Of a stretch of 64,000 bases of DNA, positions 27,951 to 44,639 are shown piece by piece. A model generated the notes under the pieces. The model was not told the origin of the DNA, did no database searches, and saw only the letters and a program-made list of their open reading frames with translations. Origin of the DNA: Eledone cirrhosa (taxonomy: Eukaryota); assembly GCA_964016885.1 (NCBI GenBank), contig OZ024740.1:297166001-297230000 (forward strand). Direction: 5' to 3'. Both the position numbers and the translations under genes were made by a program. Position 1 is the stretch's first letter. Every line of letters begins with the position of its first letter.

Positions 27951-30267
27951 AATTGTTTCTACTTTAGGCACAAGGCCAGCAATTACCCAGTGCATTACTA
28001 GTACTTTATTTTATCGACCCCGTAAGGATGAAAGGCAAAGTCAACCTCGGCGGGATTTGAACTTAGATCGTAAAGGGACGTAACTATGCTGGAAAGCATG
28101 GCGTCCGACCCTCTACCGATACTACCAATCCACCGCCCTTAATAATAATAATAATAATAATAATAACAACAACAATAATAATAATAATAATAATGCATGA
28201 TTGCTGTAAATGATTTATCTCTTAATAATTATCAGATTGCAATAATGTAGAAGTTTAGTTTATTTCTTTTTTCTTTGTGAAATTGATAAAAATGGAACTA
28301 ATATTATTTGGTTCTATTCTGATCAGCCATCCATCACTATACAAATCAATTAGACTCGGTACTAATAAAAGCATATAATTTTTAATATATTTTAATAAAG
28401 CGGACTATAGAACAAAAAGAAAACTTCTAGCTAATTTCAGGCAACTTCTAACGATACATAGGCTTACTTTGAAGACACATGGTTGGTAAGGTTTTGACTT
28501 CGATTTCCGATAGATTATTGAATCATTGAGCAAGGCATTTTATTTCAGCTGGCAAACATGAGTTGTAAAACTAATTCGAAATGCAGGCCCTGTGTCATGC
28601 CGAATCTCCCTGAGAACTATGTTAAGGATACAATGTGGAATGCTCAAACATTTGCAGATTCATTTCATTAGCTGGCTGTTCCGTTGGTCGTTTCAACTGG
28701 AACACTTGTCCTCGGAAACGATAGAGGGACAATTTGCTCACAGGAATATTGAATTTTATTAAATGCTTTTTGGTCGACACAAACCAACACTATTTTTGTT
28801 GTTGTTGTTGTTTTTGTTATTGTTGATGATGGTTTTGGTGTTATTGTTGGTAGTGGTGGTGGTGGGGGTTGTGTTGGTGGTATTGGTGGTGGTGGTTGTA
28901 GTGGTAGCGGTGCGGGTGCCGGTGCTGGTGCTGGTAATGGTATTGGTGGTGGTTTTGGTGGTGGTGTTGGTGTTGGTGGTGGTGGTGGTGTGGGTCCTGG
29001 TGGTGGTGTTGGTGGTGGTGATGGTGGTGGTGGTATTGGTGGTGATGGCGGTCATGGTAATGTTGTTTTTGTTGCTGTTTGGTGGAGATAAACTCTAGTT
29101 TTATCCCACTTCCTACTTACACCGATGACGCTATAAGAAACAACAAATAATTTTCCATTAAAATATACCTAATCTAAATCTACTTATGCTTGGATTAGCG
29201 TATACATTTCGACAAAATATTTTTAATCAGTTCTTTTCTACCTAAGATTTTGCACTCATAAAAATGATTCTTCCTAATTTCTCTACGACATGAGTTGTTG
29301 CAATTATGTATACGTACATGCTATAGTTGTCTACCCCAGATTAAACTTGATTCACCAAAGTCATTCCAGTCGGTCCTTTTAGGAGCTCGCAGAACTCCAA
29401 AATCTGATGTATCCTTTCGATTTTAAAGACGCAACAATCGCTATAAGGTCATTGCGAGCCTCGTGATATGTTTAATCTTACATATCATAGAGCTCGTTTG
29501 GAGCAATGGTTTGCAGCTGGAGTTTCTTCATAGCATCAAACATGTCGCCTCGTACGACACGAAGGGAATGGCTGTATCTATTCTAAACCGGCAACACAAG
29601 ATCACATCAGTGGTTATTTTAACATGTATTTGAATCATGTTTGTGAATCACTAAATCTAAATTTATACAATTCTAAATCTAATTATGAGCAGTAAATTAA
29701 AGGTTTGTGTCAAATATTACATGTACCAATATGGTAAATGATGGATAAAATACTTAAAATGTTTAAAATAGCTATTGCAAATCCTTCTCAGACTTAAAGA
29801 ATATCAAACACTGGATCATGAAACCCGCCACAAAGATTTGTGCTGTTCTAAAATTTCTTTAAAGTAAACCCAGGGCAGTAGTGTGTAATTTGAACAATAT
29901 ATGACAGCGTTTACTAGCATGGCGGATGACCACACAGAGGTCATCTTTTTGAATGGTGTGAAATACATGAGACATAGTGGGCGGTAGCCTGTTGGAACAT
30001 CCGGTGTTTATCAAAGAAAACTTCAAAGAGGTCGCGTAATTGATACAAATCAGTGCCAAAATCTCTGCCAATATTCTTTTGAAAGTGAAACAATTGTTCT
30101 TTGGTTAGAAATGAAGCTATAACCAAGGATATATACATGTATGCATGTATGTATGTATGCATGTATGTATACATGTATGCATGTATGCATGCATATATAT
30201 ATGTATGCATGCATGTATGCATGCATGTATGTATGCATACATGTATGTATGTATTTATGTATGTATG

Positions 30268-31640
30268 TCAGGTCGCTCTCGAGTGCTACTGGTAACATGT
30301 AGCCCAGTACAACCTGTCTCATGATCAGGTCATCGGTGACTAAAGCGGCAACCCCACCAAGTGTGCTTGGTGAGGAGGGTGATATTTGAACACCTTGCGG
30401 GATGAAATACAAGACCCGGCAAAGGGCGGAGGAACTCAGCAGAGTCAACGGCCATCCAAATAGTACTTTTTTTTTTTTTTTACCAGGGAGTGAAAGGCCC
30501 CCAGTTGTTGTCTCAACACCTTTCTAGGAGAGGGAAACTCTGAAAAAAAAACTTGTGGCTTCGGAAGCATCCGATGATGTTGACCAGTTCTCCTTTTCGC
30601 GTAGGGTTTTCGATGCTCAGAGAGTGGGATTGGTTAAGTGCAAGGCCTTTACCCACTTGAAAAACCTTCAAAGCACAGGCATTGCTTATTCAGGTTATGT
30701 TACAGGTTTGTGTGACTGGCCGTAGTCTAAAAGTGTACCAAACTCTATAATCATCCAAGCAATTGCAGTACGGTTAGCAGAGTTTGCAGTCTTCATGTGT
30801 GTGTGTATGTATGTCAGGTCGTTCTTCAGCGCTACTGGTAACATGTAACCCAGTACAACCTGTGAATGGTCGGGTCATCATCGGTGACTAAACCGGCAAC
30901 ACCACTAAGCTTGTTTGGTGAGGAGGGGGATGTTGGACACCCTGCGGGATAAAAAACAAAATCCGTCAAAAGGCAGAGGAACTCAGGAGAGATAACCGCC
31001 GCCCAATAAATTATTTTGTGTGGAGCGAGAGACTCCTAGTCTTCATTAAGACATCTCTCTAGGAGAATGTCACTCTCATAAAAAGCCTGCGACTTCATTT
31101 GCATCCAATGTTGTAGACCAGTTCTTCTTTTTGGGAAAATGCATTCGATGTTCACAGAGTGAGATTGGCCCCATGCAAATCCGTTCCTCACTTAAAAAAG
31201 CTTCATGCACAGACATCGCTTGATATGTGACATTGTTTGCGATGTATAGCATTGCTGGACATAGGTAAGTCCCTAGCAGGACTAAAAAGCCACATCCGTG
31301 TTTAAGTATCAAGCAATGGCATTACTCGAAATCAAGTTGCAGCCATCACGTATATGTATGCTTGTGTATATGTATGTTAAAAGAATTAAACATTTTGAAA
31401 ACTTTTTTTAATACACAGACACTCACGTTCACAGTCACACACAATTATATACATATGTACACTCTCTTAGATGGCCGTTGACTCCCGAGAATTCCTCCGC
31501 CCTTTGACTAGTTTTGTTTTTCATCCTGCAGGATGTCCAAGATCACTCTGCACACCGAGCAACTTTGGTTGGGTAGCCGGTTTAGTCACCGATGACCCGA
31601 CCATGTAGCAGATTGCACTGGGTTACAGGCTAACAGTAGC
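30268..31640. repeat. Two direct copies (30268, 30815) and one inverted copy (31470-31640) of a ~200-450 bp LINE-5'-like repeat
   Basis: Shared GCTACTGGTAACATGTA(G/A)CCCAGTACAACCTG...CATCGGTGACTAAA...GGCGGAGGAACTC...CAACGGCCATC. Confidence 0.7.
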
Positions 31641-32296
31641 GCTATTTTAACTATTAACACTTTTAGCTTTTTAATTTCAAAGTTTTACCGGAATTGGGGG
31701 GCGTTTGGTCTAGAAATTTATAAATATGCAGACCCAACATAAATTACGGAAGGGTCCATTTGGCAAGACTTAGCACCCGTGAGTCACCCTATCAGGATTA
31801 CGGCGAAGCTATGCGTTTGCAGCGTGATGGATGGTGATAAATTCAAGTCAGAATTAATGACGTGTGTCATCTGACGTTGAATGGAAGAACCTCCTTGATC
31901 AACCGTCTGTATCACAAAGCCACCGAACTACTGCAACTAATCTGAAAGTGTGACGTCTGCAGATGAAAAAAAGGAGAAAGTCCACTGAGAGTGAAGGACC
32001 CGAAGCCCTTGTTACGGCTTTCTTCTAGGGGAAGGAAACACTGAAGCGAAACCTGTGGTTTATATGATTACCGGCTATCTTGCTTGGGCTTGTAGTTAGA
32101 TAATTGTTTCTACTTTAGGCACAAGGGCAGCAATTACCCAGTGCATTACTGGTACTTTATTTTATCGACCCCGTAAGGATGAAAGGCAAAGTGAAACTCG
32201 GCGGGATTTGAACTCAGATCGTAAAGGGACGTAACTATGCTGGAAAGCATGGCGTCCGACCCTTTACTGATACTGCCAATCCACCGCCAATCAAAA

Positions 32297-32336
32297 GATT
32301 AGCAGTCCATCACCTTAACCACTCGGCCACCTCGTC
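32297..32336 (-). pseudogene. 5' half of tRNA-Ser(GCT) fused to a SINE
   Basis: Minus strand GACGAGGTGGCCGAGTGGTTAAGGTGATGGACTGCTAATC matches the conserved metazoan tRNA-Ser(GCT) 5' 40 nt. No 3' half is present. Confidence 0.85.
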
Positions 32337-32699
32337 CCGTTAGATAATAATCACTGAGACTTAGAGAGTGGTATTTATATTGTATAAGTGTTTACCACTG
32401 TAATCCAATGATGTACAGATGGTTTTTCATGATCTTCTCATCTCATTTTGTCTGTTAAAAGTCCTATGGTGATGGAGGAATGATTACATGTGCTGGCCAA
32501 ATTAGTTAGAAGCACGCAATTACTAATCTGCACATAGGCGGCAGGGGTCTTCTTATCTTAATATCGTTGTTGTGTCTTCCTGTGATAAGGACTAACTCTT
32601 GTATCAGGGCAAGGCACTCCTCACCCAGTGCGTTGGAAAGATGCTTGAAAATTTGTACCGAGCATTACCTGTCAGATAAATACCGGTTAGTTTATTGCG

Positions 32700-34545
32700 G
32701 CTAATAGTGGTTCATGTCAACAAGAGCAAAAAAATATGGTAGACATTGCAAAAGAGCGAGTTAAGCTCATACTTTGTTGTTGGGATGCTAGAAAACATTT
32801 GAACCGAATTCATCAAACCGGCCAGAAACTAAAGGAACTTTAAATACGGCATATAGATATAGCAGCTCTCTCAGAAACGTGTAGATCAGATGACTGAAGT
32901 ATCCTCATGATATACACTTTTCTGCGTTGGTATGTATAAAGGTGAGCATCAAGAAGGCGGGGATGGTTTTGATATTAAAACAACATTGGCAAAACCTTTA
33001 CTGTGCCCGTCTAGCATTACTGATCGCATAACGAAGCTATGTGTTCCACGTGTGGACGTTTTACGACAGTCTTTACAGTTTATGCTCCAACTCTCCAGGC
33101 CAATGAAGAAACTGATATGACTTTCTATGAAACTAATACTTCTTGGTGACTTCAAAGCACATGTTGGCAGGGACAGTGGAACGTGAACTGTTCTTGGCCG
33201 GCATAGCATTGGTAAAGTGAATGAAAATGGTTTGAAGTTATGTGAACTTTACTCAAAACTCAATTTGATGATTTACTACACTTTTTTTATATACAAAAAG
33301 TTACATGGATTCATCCGAGACCAAAACATGAGCACATGATTGGTTTTATCATCGCCTGCAAACGTGATCGTACTTATATGTGCAATGACATGTGATGAGT
33401 AGTGCAGACTGGTTTGGGAAATGTTTAGATTTCGCATCCGCAGGAAGGTTCGTATGAGTGGGGTCAAGATTCCGAATCGTATTGATGTTAGTAAATTACG
33501 CAGTCAGGTATTTGTCAAACCTTATCCGAACGTCTTGATATTCTAGAACTGGATGGAACATGGGGAAAATTTAAAGACCAAGTTTATTCCACAGGAGCAG
33601 ATGTACTTGGGCACAGTATGAAAAAACAAACATAAAGGCTGGTTTGATAATAACGATCCTATTTTCAGTTAGTTACTGAAAAAGAAACAAACAAAAAAAA
33701 ACAGACACTTTATGAAAAGATCCTGAGAAGATATATAAAGGATACAAAGCCACATTACATTGTAAATTGAGAAGGATTAAAAACGAGTGGTGGTCAAGGG
33801 TATCTCAACAAGTGCAAACTGCTTTTAATAGTAGCGATAGTAAAAAAATATTATGCCTTATTACAGTAATCATTTCGTCCTCATTCATCTTCCCTTGTCC
33901 CTGTGCAATCGAAGGATGGTGTAGTTCTCAATAAAAACCCAGAGAACATAATTAATAGATGGAAAAAACTTTTCTCTTGCCTTGTTTTATAATACTTCTA
34001 TTGTCTACCTCAGCATGATATAATATTATCAATGGACACTCCACTGACTCATGAACGATTGGGAAGGAGCACCACTCTTACAAGACTGGTTTGATGGAAT
34101 CTTGATCCTCATTTACAAAGGTAAAGAACGAAATCCAATTGTTATAACTTCCGTGAGATCACAACACTGGAATCTGTTGAAAAGGTAATATCTAGGCTGA
34201 TTCTGAATCACCTTTTTGAAAAATGTATGTCCACTGATTCTTCCAGAAACTCAATCTGGTTTCAGAGCAGTACGGGGGACAGTGGATATGATCTTCTCAG
34301 TTAGACAGCTACAGAAAAAAATGAATAGAACAGCACATGCCTTTGTATCATGTTGTTATCGACTTGATTAAGGTTTTTGTTACAGTTAACAGATAATTCT
34401 TATGGAACATTCTTAGTAAATTAGGCTGTCCACAGAAATTTTCGCAAATCTTCAAACAACTATAGCGAGACATGAAAGCTAGGGTTGTATCTAATGAAAA
34501 ATTCTCGGAATAAATTTCTGTGGACAACGGTGTTAAACAATTCCT
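32700..34545 (+). mobile_element. Highly degenerate RTE (BovB-like) LINE
   Basis: Remnants IDIAALSET, LILLGDFKAHVG, ILPETQSGFRAVRGTVDMIFSVRQLQ and LWNILSKLGCPQKF. Confidence 0.85.
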
Positions 34546-34559
34546 GAACACTATTTGCA

Positions 34560-34880
34560 ATATACTTTGCGTCTTGTGAGGAAATCTCTTTCTGAACTGC
34601 CTCAGAACCTCTACATAGTATTCTTTGTTGACTCTCTGGTTGTGGGGGACCCAGTGGATGTAGATGATGCCGTTGCTATCGAAGAATGGGATCATCATGA
34701 GCTTCCAAGTGAACCTGCTGTAGCAGCCCGAACATTCGACCTGAAAAAAAAAAGAAAAAAGTTTTGGCATGTTAACTTATTATAACCACATCAAGGATGT
34801 ATTAGAGTGACAATTATCTAGATCAATTAAAAAACCTGAAAAGAAAAAGTCTCAAAACTTCTTGAGTGTACTTCATATAT
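34560..34880 (-). mobile_element. Mariner transposon fragment
   Basis: KLMMIPFFDSNGIIYIHWVPHNQRVNKEYYVEVLRQFRKR is typical mariner transposase. TIR-like end near 34850-34878. Confidence 0.8.
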
Positions 34881-35838
34881 AACAGCATATTTTGAACTAT
34901 ATATTGGGTAAAGTAAATATCAAGAAATCTGTTAAAATAAAATCCTTCAAATGATTTCATTATTAACTACTGACTTATATTGATCAATACGTTATGTTCG
35001 ATTTATTTAAATCCTGTCGATTTAAACTCTGCACCATTCTTATATAGAGAAAGCAACGCTGTTAGAAGAAGGTTACATCCCTAAACATCAAGATTTTTTC
35101 CTCCTGGCAGGAAGTCAAATTCTTCCATTTTAAAACTGTTTATCATCTACATAACAGCGGACTCCAACATTATCCTGAGAAAACCTTCCACATAACAACT
35201 CTAAACTGAACCAATAAGGGAATCTCAACGTATCCGTTCTTTCTGTTAGCAAGTACAGCCTTCAAATCCACCATCTTTCGACTAACGAATCAAATGGCCA
35301 CCATTTTCTTCCATTCATTGCAGCTTTCAGAATCGTTTGTGTATCTGCGTTCTGTTGCTTAATCCTGGAGATCAGTGAGATTTTGAACTGAGAGCGCAGG
35401 ACATTTTATCCGATACTCTAACAATCACTTTAATCCACCACCAGAGACTGATATTTCAATTCATCAATGCCGATGGAACAAAAGGCAAAATTCACTAAAG
35501 TAGGATTTCAACTCAGTGTGGAGAAAGTCGGACAAAATACCGCAAGATATTCTATCCAACACTATCATAATGTATTTAAAAACAACGTCAAGGACACATA
35601 AGATAATCTTGTTCTAGTTACTGTTACACGATAAAAGATGGAATGGTCATGGTTGGAATGCTTTTGATGATAGGTTTGCTCGATCAGAATTGATCTGGGG
35701 CTTAACAACAACAACAGCTACTACTACTACTACTATTACTACTACCACCACCACCACCACCACCACCACTACTACTACTACTACTGCTACTACTACTACC
35801 CCACCACCACCACCACCACCACCACCACCACCACCCCG

Positions 35839-35920
<82 letters not shown>

Positions 35921-36687
35921 AAGATTATTTGGTAAGCATTGTGTAAGTACTGTCCACTTCTAGCGGCATGTAGCTGAACAGCTTCAGAGGAAGAAACAAG
36001 AGTAAGAGTGGGAAAAACAGCTAATTGCTGTCCACTGCTAATACCGTTCGACTGAACAACTTACAGAAGAATTCAAATGTTGGAGACTTTTAAATTACAC
36101 TGTACTTTACAGTTAATCTTCTTCTATTGGTGAGGTGCTGTATGCTGTTGGTGATTGTTATTGTTGGGTGGGGTGGGGTCGAGGTAGTAATGGTGGTGTT
36201 TGTTAAGTCGTGGTGCGTGGAGGTGGTGTTGGTGGTGCTGATTAATGGTGGTGTGTAGCGATACTGGCATTGAGTGATGCTTTCGTGGAATGTAGGGGTA
36301 ATGGTGTTATGTGCTGAAACTAGTATGTGATGGTGGTGATGGTGGTGGTGGTGGTGAGGGTAGTGGTGGTGGTAAATATATGTGGGTGAATTAATAAGTG
36401 TAGTGATGGTACTTGTTCTTATTGTTAGTGCTGCAGCTTCAGTTAATGAGGTTTTTTGTTGTTGAATTTGGTTCGTAGTCATTCAGTACCATTTATTCGC
36501 GTAAATTACACAACCAAACACAAACACACAATTACACATACATGCAGGCATACACACATTCCCACACACAGAACTGCTCAATATATATATATACTATATA
36601 TACGAGAACAAATAAAGCTGTTGGGTGACGAAGTTCGCTTTGTATCTACGTGGTTTCGGGTTAGATCTCACTTATGTAACATCACCT

Positions 36688-38420
36688 CTTCTTCTTCTTC
36701 TTCTTCTTCTTCTTCTTCTTCTTCTTCTTCTTCTTCTTCTTCTTCTTCTTCTTCTTCTTCTTCTTCTTCTTCTTCTTCTTCTTCTTCATCTTCTTCCACT
36801 TTTTCCTGGAAATGTCATGTGGGCTGAGTCCTCAAGCACACCTTCCAGAGAGTCCTGTCAGTAGCAACCACCTCCAGTGGATCCGGTTGTATCCCCATGT
36901 GAGACCAACCGAGTTTATAGATCTTATACTTTCATTTTGTTCATTCTCTACCTTTGGGTCTCTTGACAGCTGACGTTGCCCGTAAAATCTGTCCAGCGCT
37001 TCTTTTTTCGGATATTCTAGCCACATACTCATAGTATAGGAGCTGTGATATCTCAATTCGGAAAAGTAGCGGCTTTACTTGGAGCAACTCCATGATCGCC
37101 GAGCTACGCACCCTATCGAGAAACTTACTCCAAAGACCATTCGGAGGAACCCCCATTTCGGACGTTTGTATTCATGATCGCATACTTTCGGTCATTACCC
37201 AAGATTCATGACCACAGGTAACAGTTACCACGAATATTGAATTGAAGAGAGATAGTTTGGCTTTTACACCTACCCCACTTCTTCTGAATGCCGAATATTG
37301 AAGCCAGCGCATTACTGCACCAGCTTTTTAAATTCTTGCATTTAATTCAGAAGCTCGCCTTCCACCACTCATGAACACGGCCCCGAGATACTTGAACTTT
37401 TCCATCTGCTTCAGTGAAACCCCACTCACACGTAGAGGGCACAGCACTGGCTTTATTGAGAAGACGAGTGAGTCAGTATTTGCAGCTCTGGTTTTCATTC
37501 CTATCATGTGCATATCGGAGATCACCTTCTCACGAGTTAAGTAATATCATATACCTTCCGCAAATTCCAGTCGACTGATCCTTTTCCCACAAGTCTTGAT
37601 AACACTTCCAACCCGACTTCGTATGTCAGTCATGTCCCTGAAGATTGTGAACAGTGGTGAGTATAGGTGACAGTACGGACCCTCGATCTAGAGACGTCAG
37701 GCAAACAAGAAGCTCTCCATCGATCCCATGCTCCTACCGAACCTTCCACAACTGTCATATGCCTTTCAGAGGTCTATGAAACAAGCATACACTATTTTGG
37801 CAATACTCCCACGATTTCTCAAAGAGCTGTCGCAGTGTTAATATTTGGTCGGCTTTGCCGCGTCCGGGGCGAAAACCGCACTGTTCATCAGCTAGTTTGG
37901 ACTACATATCTTTCCCAGACACTTAGCATAGACTTTACCGGGGAGGCTTAACAAAGAGATCCCTCTATATTGGAACAATCACTCTTGTTTCCCTTTTTGA
38001 AGATTGGGATTATGACTCCCGATTGCCATCGCTTAGGTGCCTTTTCAGAAATCCTGCCCACCCAACCCACAGAAGTCAGCCTGAGGATACCTTCTCTATT
38101 TAAGGCTTTTAAGATCTCGGGCGGAATTTCATCCTCCCCAGTAGCCTTGTCATATTTGAGATCTTTAATTGATCTGCCAGATGCACCTCGTGTACTTCAG
38201 AAGATACTGTTGTGACCAGGTTTAGAAGATCAGCAAAATATTGTTTTCTACCCGCGAGGATGCACCTCTCTGAAGAGTGAAGAACCCTAGACGCGTCCTT
38301 GATAGCCGGACCTATTGCTAAGTCGTTGGATGGTATTCCAGCTTAACCCCAAGTCCTACAATCGATGCAGCCAGTCTCATCTCGCTGATCCTGTGTTGGA
38401 TGTTCGTGTTAAGAGAGAAG
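36688..38420 (-). mobile_element. Degenerate RTE-like LINE fragment with (GAA)n tail
   Basis: Minus-strand remnants WQSGVIIPIFKKG..CSNIEG(RG)ISL, CGFRPGR, LKQMEKFKYLG and ELNARI. Confidence 0.8.
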
Positions 38421-38644
38421 AGATAATCCACTAATACTGTTGGATCTTGAAACTTAAGGTTTTGACGACGAGTGTTCCAGTTGATTCGATGAATGTCAAA
38501 TCCGCCTCGTGAAATTAACGTGAAATAGCCTACACATTACATAGGCACGTGTATCCGTAGCATAGTTCTCAGGGAGATTATGTGTGACATAGGTTGAAAC
38601 AAAGTCGTACCTTTGAATTGCACGTACAACTCATTTTAGTCAGG

Positions 38645-38960
38645 TGAGTGGATTGGAGCAATATGAAATTAAGTGTCTTTCTCAATGACTCAGTGATTTG
38701 CAGCAAAATAAAATAAAGTGTCTTGCTCAAGGACACGGTGATTTGGAGCAACATGAAAGTAAGTGTCTTTCTCAAGGACACAGTGATTTGGAGCAACATG
38801 CAATAAAGTGTCTTGCTCAAGGACACAGTGGATTGGAGCAACTTGAAATTAAATGACTTGCTCAAGGACGCAGCGGATTAGAGCAACATGAAAGAATGTA
38901 TCTTGCTTAAGGACACAGAGGATTGGAGCAACATGGCATAAAGTGTATTGCTCAACGAAA
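38645..38960. repeat. ~42-43-bp tandem array (~7-8 units) inside a SINE
   Basis: Unit GGATTGGAGCAACATGAAATAAAGTGTCTTGCTCAAGGACACAGT. Confidence 0.9.
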
Positions 38961-40017
38961 CAACCTGTCACCAGAAACCGAACTCATGATCGCGAGCCCA
39001 AAACCCTAACCATTAAACCACGCGCCTCCATAACCACACAGACATTAAGAATAACAAAATTAAAACACATCTTATGCCGTGCTCTGGGTTCTTAAATCGT
39101 AGGGGCGCCGTAGTGACATCTTGAGCAATAATTAAAACAGCCAATTCCTTCCAGTTATTGTGAGAGAGGAAGCCGAGAGAAGGATAGATGGGAAGGAAAA
39201 GGGGGAGAGATGGGAGAGAGAGGGAGAATGAAATATAGAAATAAAGAAAGAGAATTGATCCCAGTACTAGACTGGTATTTTATTTATTGACCTTGAAAGA
39301 ATGAGAGGCAAAGTTAACCCGATAGGATTTGATCTCAGTGCAGAAAGCGGACGGCATTCTATCCGACATCCTAACGACTCTGCCAATTCCCCGTCTTAGT
39401 CAATTCATAGACAAAGCTAATCCACCAATCGGCGTTCTTCTACCACACGTGGTTTGTGATGGATTGTCTTTAACGGGGAGCAATTGTCCACCAAATATGT
39501 CACTGCTTAGATGTACTTGACTGATTGTTGGTTTTCATTAAAACTATTAATCAAAATTTGTGTTATTGTTGTATGTGTTGTTGTGGTGGTGATTGTCATT
39601 GTTGTTGTTCTAATTAGACGTAAGATTGAGTACAATTGTGAAGTTTGTTCTTTTCATTCAACTGAGGATGTTATTTGAACAAAAACCAATGGAATGACAC
39701 ATACACACATGTACACACGCGCGCCCCCACACACACATACACACACATATATATATACACATACACACACACGCACACACACACAGACACATATATATAT
39801 ACATATACACACACACGCACACACACACAGACACATATATATAGGCACACACATATATATTTATATACACACACACACATATATATAGGCACACGCACAT
39901 ATATATATATGTATACACACATATACACACACAAAGATACACACATATATACACACACATACACATATGGTAGGGATTGTTATTGTACGGAATATTTTCG
40001 TAGTGTTAATATCGTTT

Positions 40018-40049
<32 letters not shown>

Positions 40050-42014
40050 ACTGCTGCAGGTGTTGTAGCGATGATGTGGTGGTGATGATGGTGAGATTTA
40101 GTGATAGCAGTTGTGGCGGTGGTATGGTAAAAGTGTTGTTGTTGTAGTAGTGCTGATCGTTGTGATGACAGGGAAATTGATATTGTGTTGTAGACATGGA
40201 ATTTGTGTTTATGTTGCTATGTCTTTGTTATTGTTGCTGTTTGTTGTCTCACGTAAGCTCTGATCGAACAGAGAAATAATTGTTTCTACTTTTGGCACAA
40301 GGCCAGCAATTATCCCAGCGCATTACTGGTACTTTATTTTATCGACCCCGTAAGGATGAAAGGCAAAGTTAACCTCGGCGGGATTTGAACTCAGACCATA
40401 AAGGGCTTTTTGCTGTAGAGCATGGCGTCAGACCCTCTACCGATACTGCCAATCCACCCTGTTATAGGTAAAAAGCCAACAATTTGGGCGGAGGGGAAAG
40501 TCGTTAAAACCAGCCCCAGTGTGTTACTGTTATTTATTATATAACCCCGTAAGGATGAAAGGTAAAGCTAACCTCGGCGGGATTTGAAATCAGAACGTAA
40601 AGGGCCTTAACTCTATGCCGCAAAGCATGTTGCTCGACGCTCTACCGATACTGCAGAATAGAGAAATAATGATTTCTACTTTCAGCACAAGGCCAGTAAT
40701 TTTTTGGTGGAGGGGTAAGTCGATTATATCGACCACAGTACGTTACAACTAACTTATTTTATGATCCCGAAAGGGTGAAAGGCAAAGGTAACCTCGGCGG
40801 GATTTGAGCTCAGAATATAAAGGGCCGTTACACTATGAGGCCAAACATGGTATCAGACGCTTTACTGATACTGCTGAACAGAAATAATTGTTTCTATTTT
40901 TAGGCACAAGGCCAGCAATTATCAGTACATTACTGGTACTTTATTTTATCGATCCCGTAAGGATGAAAGGCAAAGTTAACCTCGGCGGGATTTGAACTCA
41001 GATCATAAAGGGACGTAACTCTATGCTTCAAAGCATGGTGTCCTACGCTCTACCGATACTGCCAATTGAAAGGTGTTCAAGAGACTATATTGTCCAATAT
41101 ATCCTTCTTTATTACTATTTAGCCGGGTTTGAGAAAGATTTCGTTGCTAGTTTTAGAAGGTTGAGTGCGCGTAAAGGCTTCCTTTTGATACAATGACTAC
41201 ACATAAAGGTGTAGTCCTAAAAGCGTAGTCCTATGACAAAATGCTTTCCACCCAAAACCACCTTGTTTAACAATCAGATATACTCTATCTATGATAATCT
41301 ACGATTACGTCGTGTAATAATATGTTATATATTAAAACTGTGGAATGTGATTTAAGGGAAATCTGGCTCCTATTTCTATTAAGTCGAACAACCAGATACA
41401 GGATGCCTTATTATTTTTTGGTGTTGTTTATCCTATGATCAAACAAATCTAAAGTACTCCATTTCTGGCTATCTCGACATTTTGTATATCTAGTATTACC
41501 TTATATGCTCTTCTACTTTTAAGATAGTACTATGTGGTTAGGGGGATTTTAGTTGCTATTTCTAACAAGTTAAGAGTTCGCTCAGAGGCTCCTACGTTGC
41601 ATCTATCATTGATAGTGTCATAGAACACATAGGTAGCTGGACGAATTTGATGTGTGGAGAAAAAGGGTATCTCTGGGGCAGAGTTGCTCTACTTGGCTTG
41701 GTAATGTATGTGGTGGTGTGGATTATTTAAGATATAAAGGATGTTTAGTTGTAATAAGCAAAGCTATGGAGTGGAACTAAAGTTCACATGGGAACGGATT
41801 TCGGCTATGAAAATATCATTTCTGTCCGTTCCCTTGTCTTAAGATTGGACTGCCTCGGGAACGTAACCTTATTACATAAATATGCTGCCTGGTGATATCG
41901 CGTGACCTGTTTTGCGATTTAACAATCACATAGCCACAGTCTTCAGTGAAATATTTACCACAGCTCTCTTAATAAAGGACTCTTTAACGTCTACACCCAA
42001 CTTTACATTTTCCT

Positions 42015-44230
<2,216 letters not shown>

Positions 44231-44314
44231 ACTCCAGTCCTACAAACTGTAGAGTGCTTCTTATCCGTATCCGATATCTGCATTGCTTTATTGTACTACA
44301 ATAAAACTCACCTC

Positions 44315-44595
<281 letters not shown>

Positions 44596-44639
44596 CCATA
44601 TATATATTGCTATTTCAGAGCTCCAATTCTAATATATAT

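Noticed and set aside
28763-29098. Hydrophobic poly-Val/Leu ORF resembling a membrane protein
   Set aside because: It is a degenerate (GGT/GTT)n trinucleotide repeat.
38645-38960. CRISPR-like regular repeat
   Set aside because: There are no unique spacers, it is SINE-derived and the context is eukaryotic.
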